A stretch of 64,000 nt of DNA from assembly GCA_963709405.1 (NCBI GenBank), contig CAVPXM010000063.1, positions 160,001 through 224,000 on the forward strand. Direction: 5' to 3'. This stretch comes from an uncultured Nitrososphaerales archaeon (GTDB lineage Archaea; Thermoproteota; Nitrososphaeria; Nitrososphaerales; Nitrososphaeraceae). Below, one piece after another: positions 63,285-64,000 of the stretch. The translations under genes were made by a program, and so were the position numbers. The notes under the pieces were generated by a model. The model was not told where the DNA came from, did no database searches, and was given only the letters and a program-made list of their open reading frames with translations. The stretch's first letter is position 1. Each line of letters begins with the position of its first letter.

Positions 63285-64000
63285 GAAGGTCTTGGAGGAG
63301 AACTTATGGTCAGCACATGCTTATAGAACCTCCAATCATTCAAGATATTGTGAATTCTGCACATTTAACTGGAATTGAGTCGGTTTGTGAACTCGGTACT
63401 GGCAGTGGAGCGTTGACGACAGAACTTTGCAAAAAGGCCAGATCAGTGACTTCATTTGAAATTGATAGAATTCTCTTCGAAAAGGCAAAAAATCTCCTCA
63501 ACCGCTTTTCCAATTTAACACTCGTAAATGCAGATCTGCTCAGGTCATCTAAACTCGATTTCGATGTCTTTGCATCTAACATTCCTTACTCCAGAAGCAA
63601 GAGGGTACTAGAGTGGTTATCAATGCAAAAAATGGATCAAGCGATCATAATGCTTCAAGCAGAGTTTGCAGAAAAACTACAATCACGAGTAGGCGAGAAG
63701 AACTATCGCGCGATAACAGTGATATGTAAGTATAGTTTCCATGTTAGGAAGTTGTTCGAAGTGTCCAAGAAGGCATTCTATCCTATGCCAAACGTTGAAT
63801 CCGTGGTTTTACAGCTAATCCCTAAGAATACCCCAAGATTGACATTAGCAATAATCAAAAATTTAGAAATTATTTTTTCGCAAAGAAGCCGTAAAGCATC
63901 CGTTCTCAGCAATAAATTTCGAATAAACCCGCGTGTACTTAACTTCAGGATCGATCACCTTGATTTCGATCAGATGGTAGATATCGCGAAATCTGCCAAA
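63281..64000 (+). CDS. rsmA: 16S rRNA adenine dimethyltransferase RsmA/KsgA (3' end beyond window)
   Basis: ATG 63281: GQHML, ELGTGSGALT, EID, SNIPYS, MLQAEFA, FYPMPNVES; missing from the ORF track because the frame runs off the end. Confidence 0.92.
   Translation, partial: MRRSWRRTYGQHMLIEPPIIQDIVNSAHLTGIESVCELGTGSGALTTELCKKARSVTSFEIDRILFEKAKNLLNRFSNLTLVNADLLRSSKLDFDVFASNIPYSRSKRVLEWLSMQKMDQAIIMLQAEFAEKLQSRVGEKNYRAITVICKYSFHVRKLFEVSKKAFYPMPNVESVVLQLIPKNTPRLTLAIIKNLEIIFSQRSRKASVLSNKFRINPRVLNFRIDHLDFDQMVDIAKSAK

Noticed and set aside
3404-63582. Numerous antisense ORFs of 60-140 aa overlapping well-identified genes
   Set aside because: Opposite-strand shadows of conserved genes with no motifs of their own.

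Overview
Low-GC archaeal chromosome segment. Gene content, order and protein style point to an ammonia-oxidising archaeon (Nitrososphaerota, probably a soil Nitrososphaeraceae member); this is inferred from recognised protein families, not a database search. Most of the window is housekeeping: uvrC end, cobalamin genes (cbiA, cbiG, cbiX, cbiC, cbiD), bacterial-type metK, Sm protein, argS, rps24e/rps27ae, a dph6-srp54-pus10 operon, psmB, leuCD, aconitase-X subunits, a tRNA thiolase, dph2, sufBD, the sirC-hemA-hemB-hemL-hemC-cobA-hemD cluster, radA, rpl21e, rpo4 and rsmA. Features missing from the ORF track were found by reading the DNA: two intron-containing tRNAs (Arg-CCG with a non-canonical 29/30 intron, Cys-GCA), the SRP RNA, a decayed IS5-type transposase (about 21.7-22.7 kb), and an orphan CRISPR-like mini-array at about 32.26-32.50 kb with unusual repeat variants and no cas genes in the window. 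Also notable are a nucleotidyltransferase/pseudokinase fusion paired with a HExxH protein, and a large repeat-rich secreted protein. Eight frameshifts are all single-base insertions and are probably sequencing artefacts.
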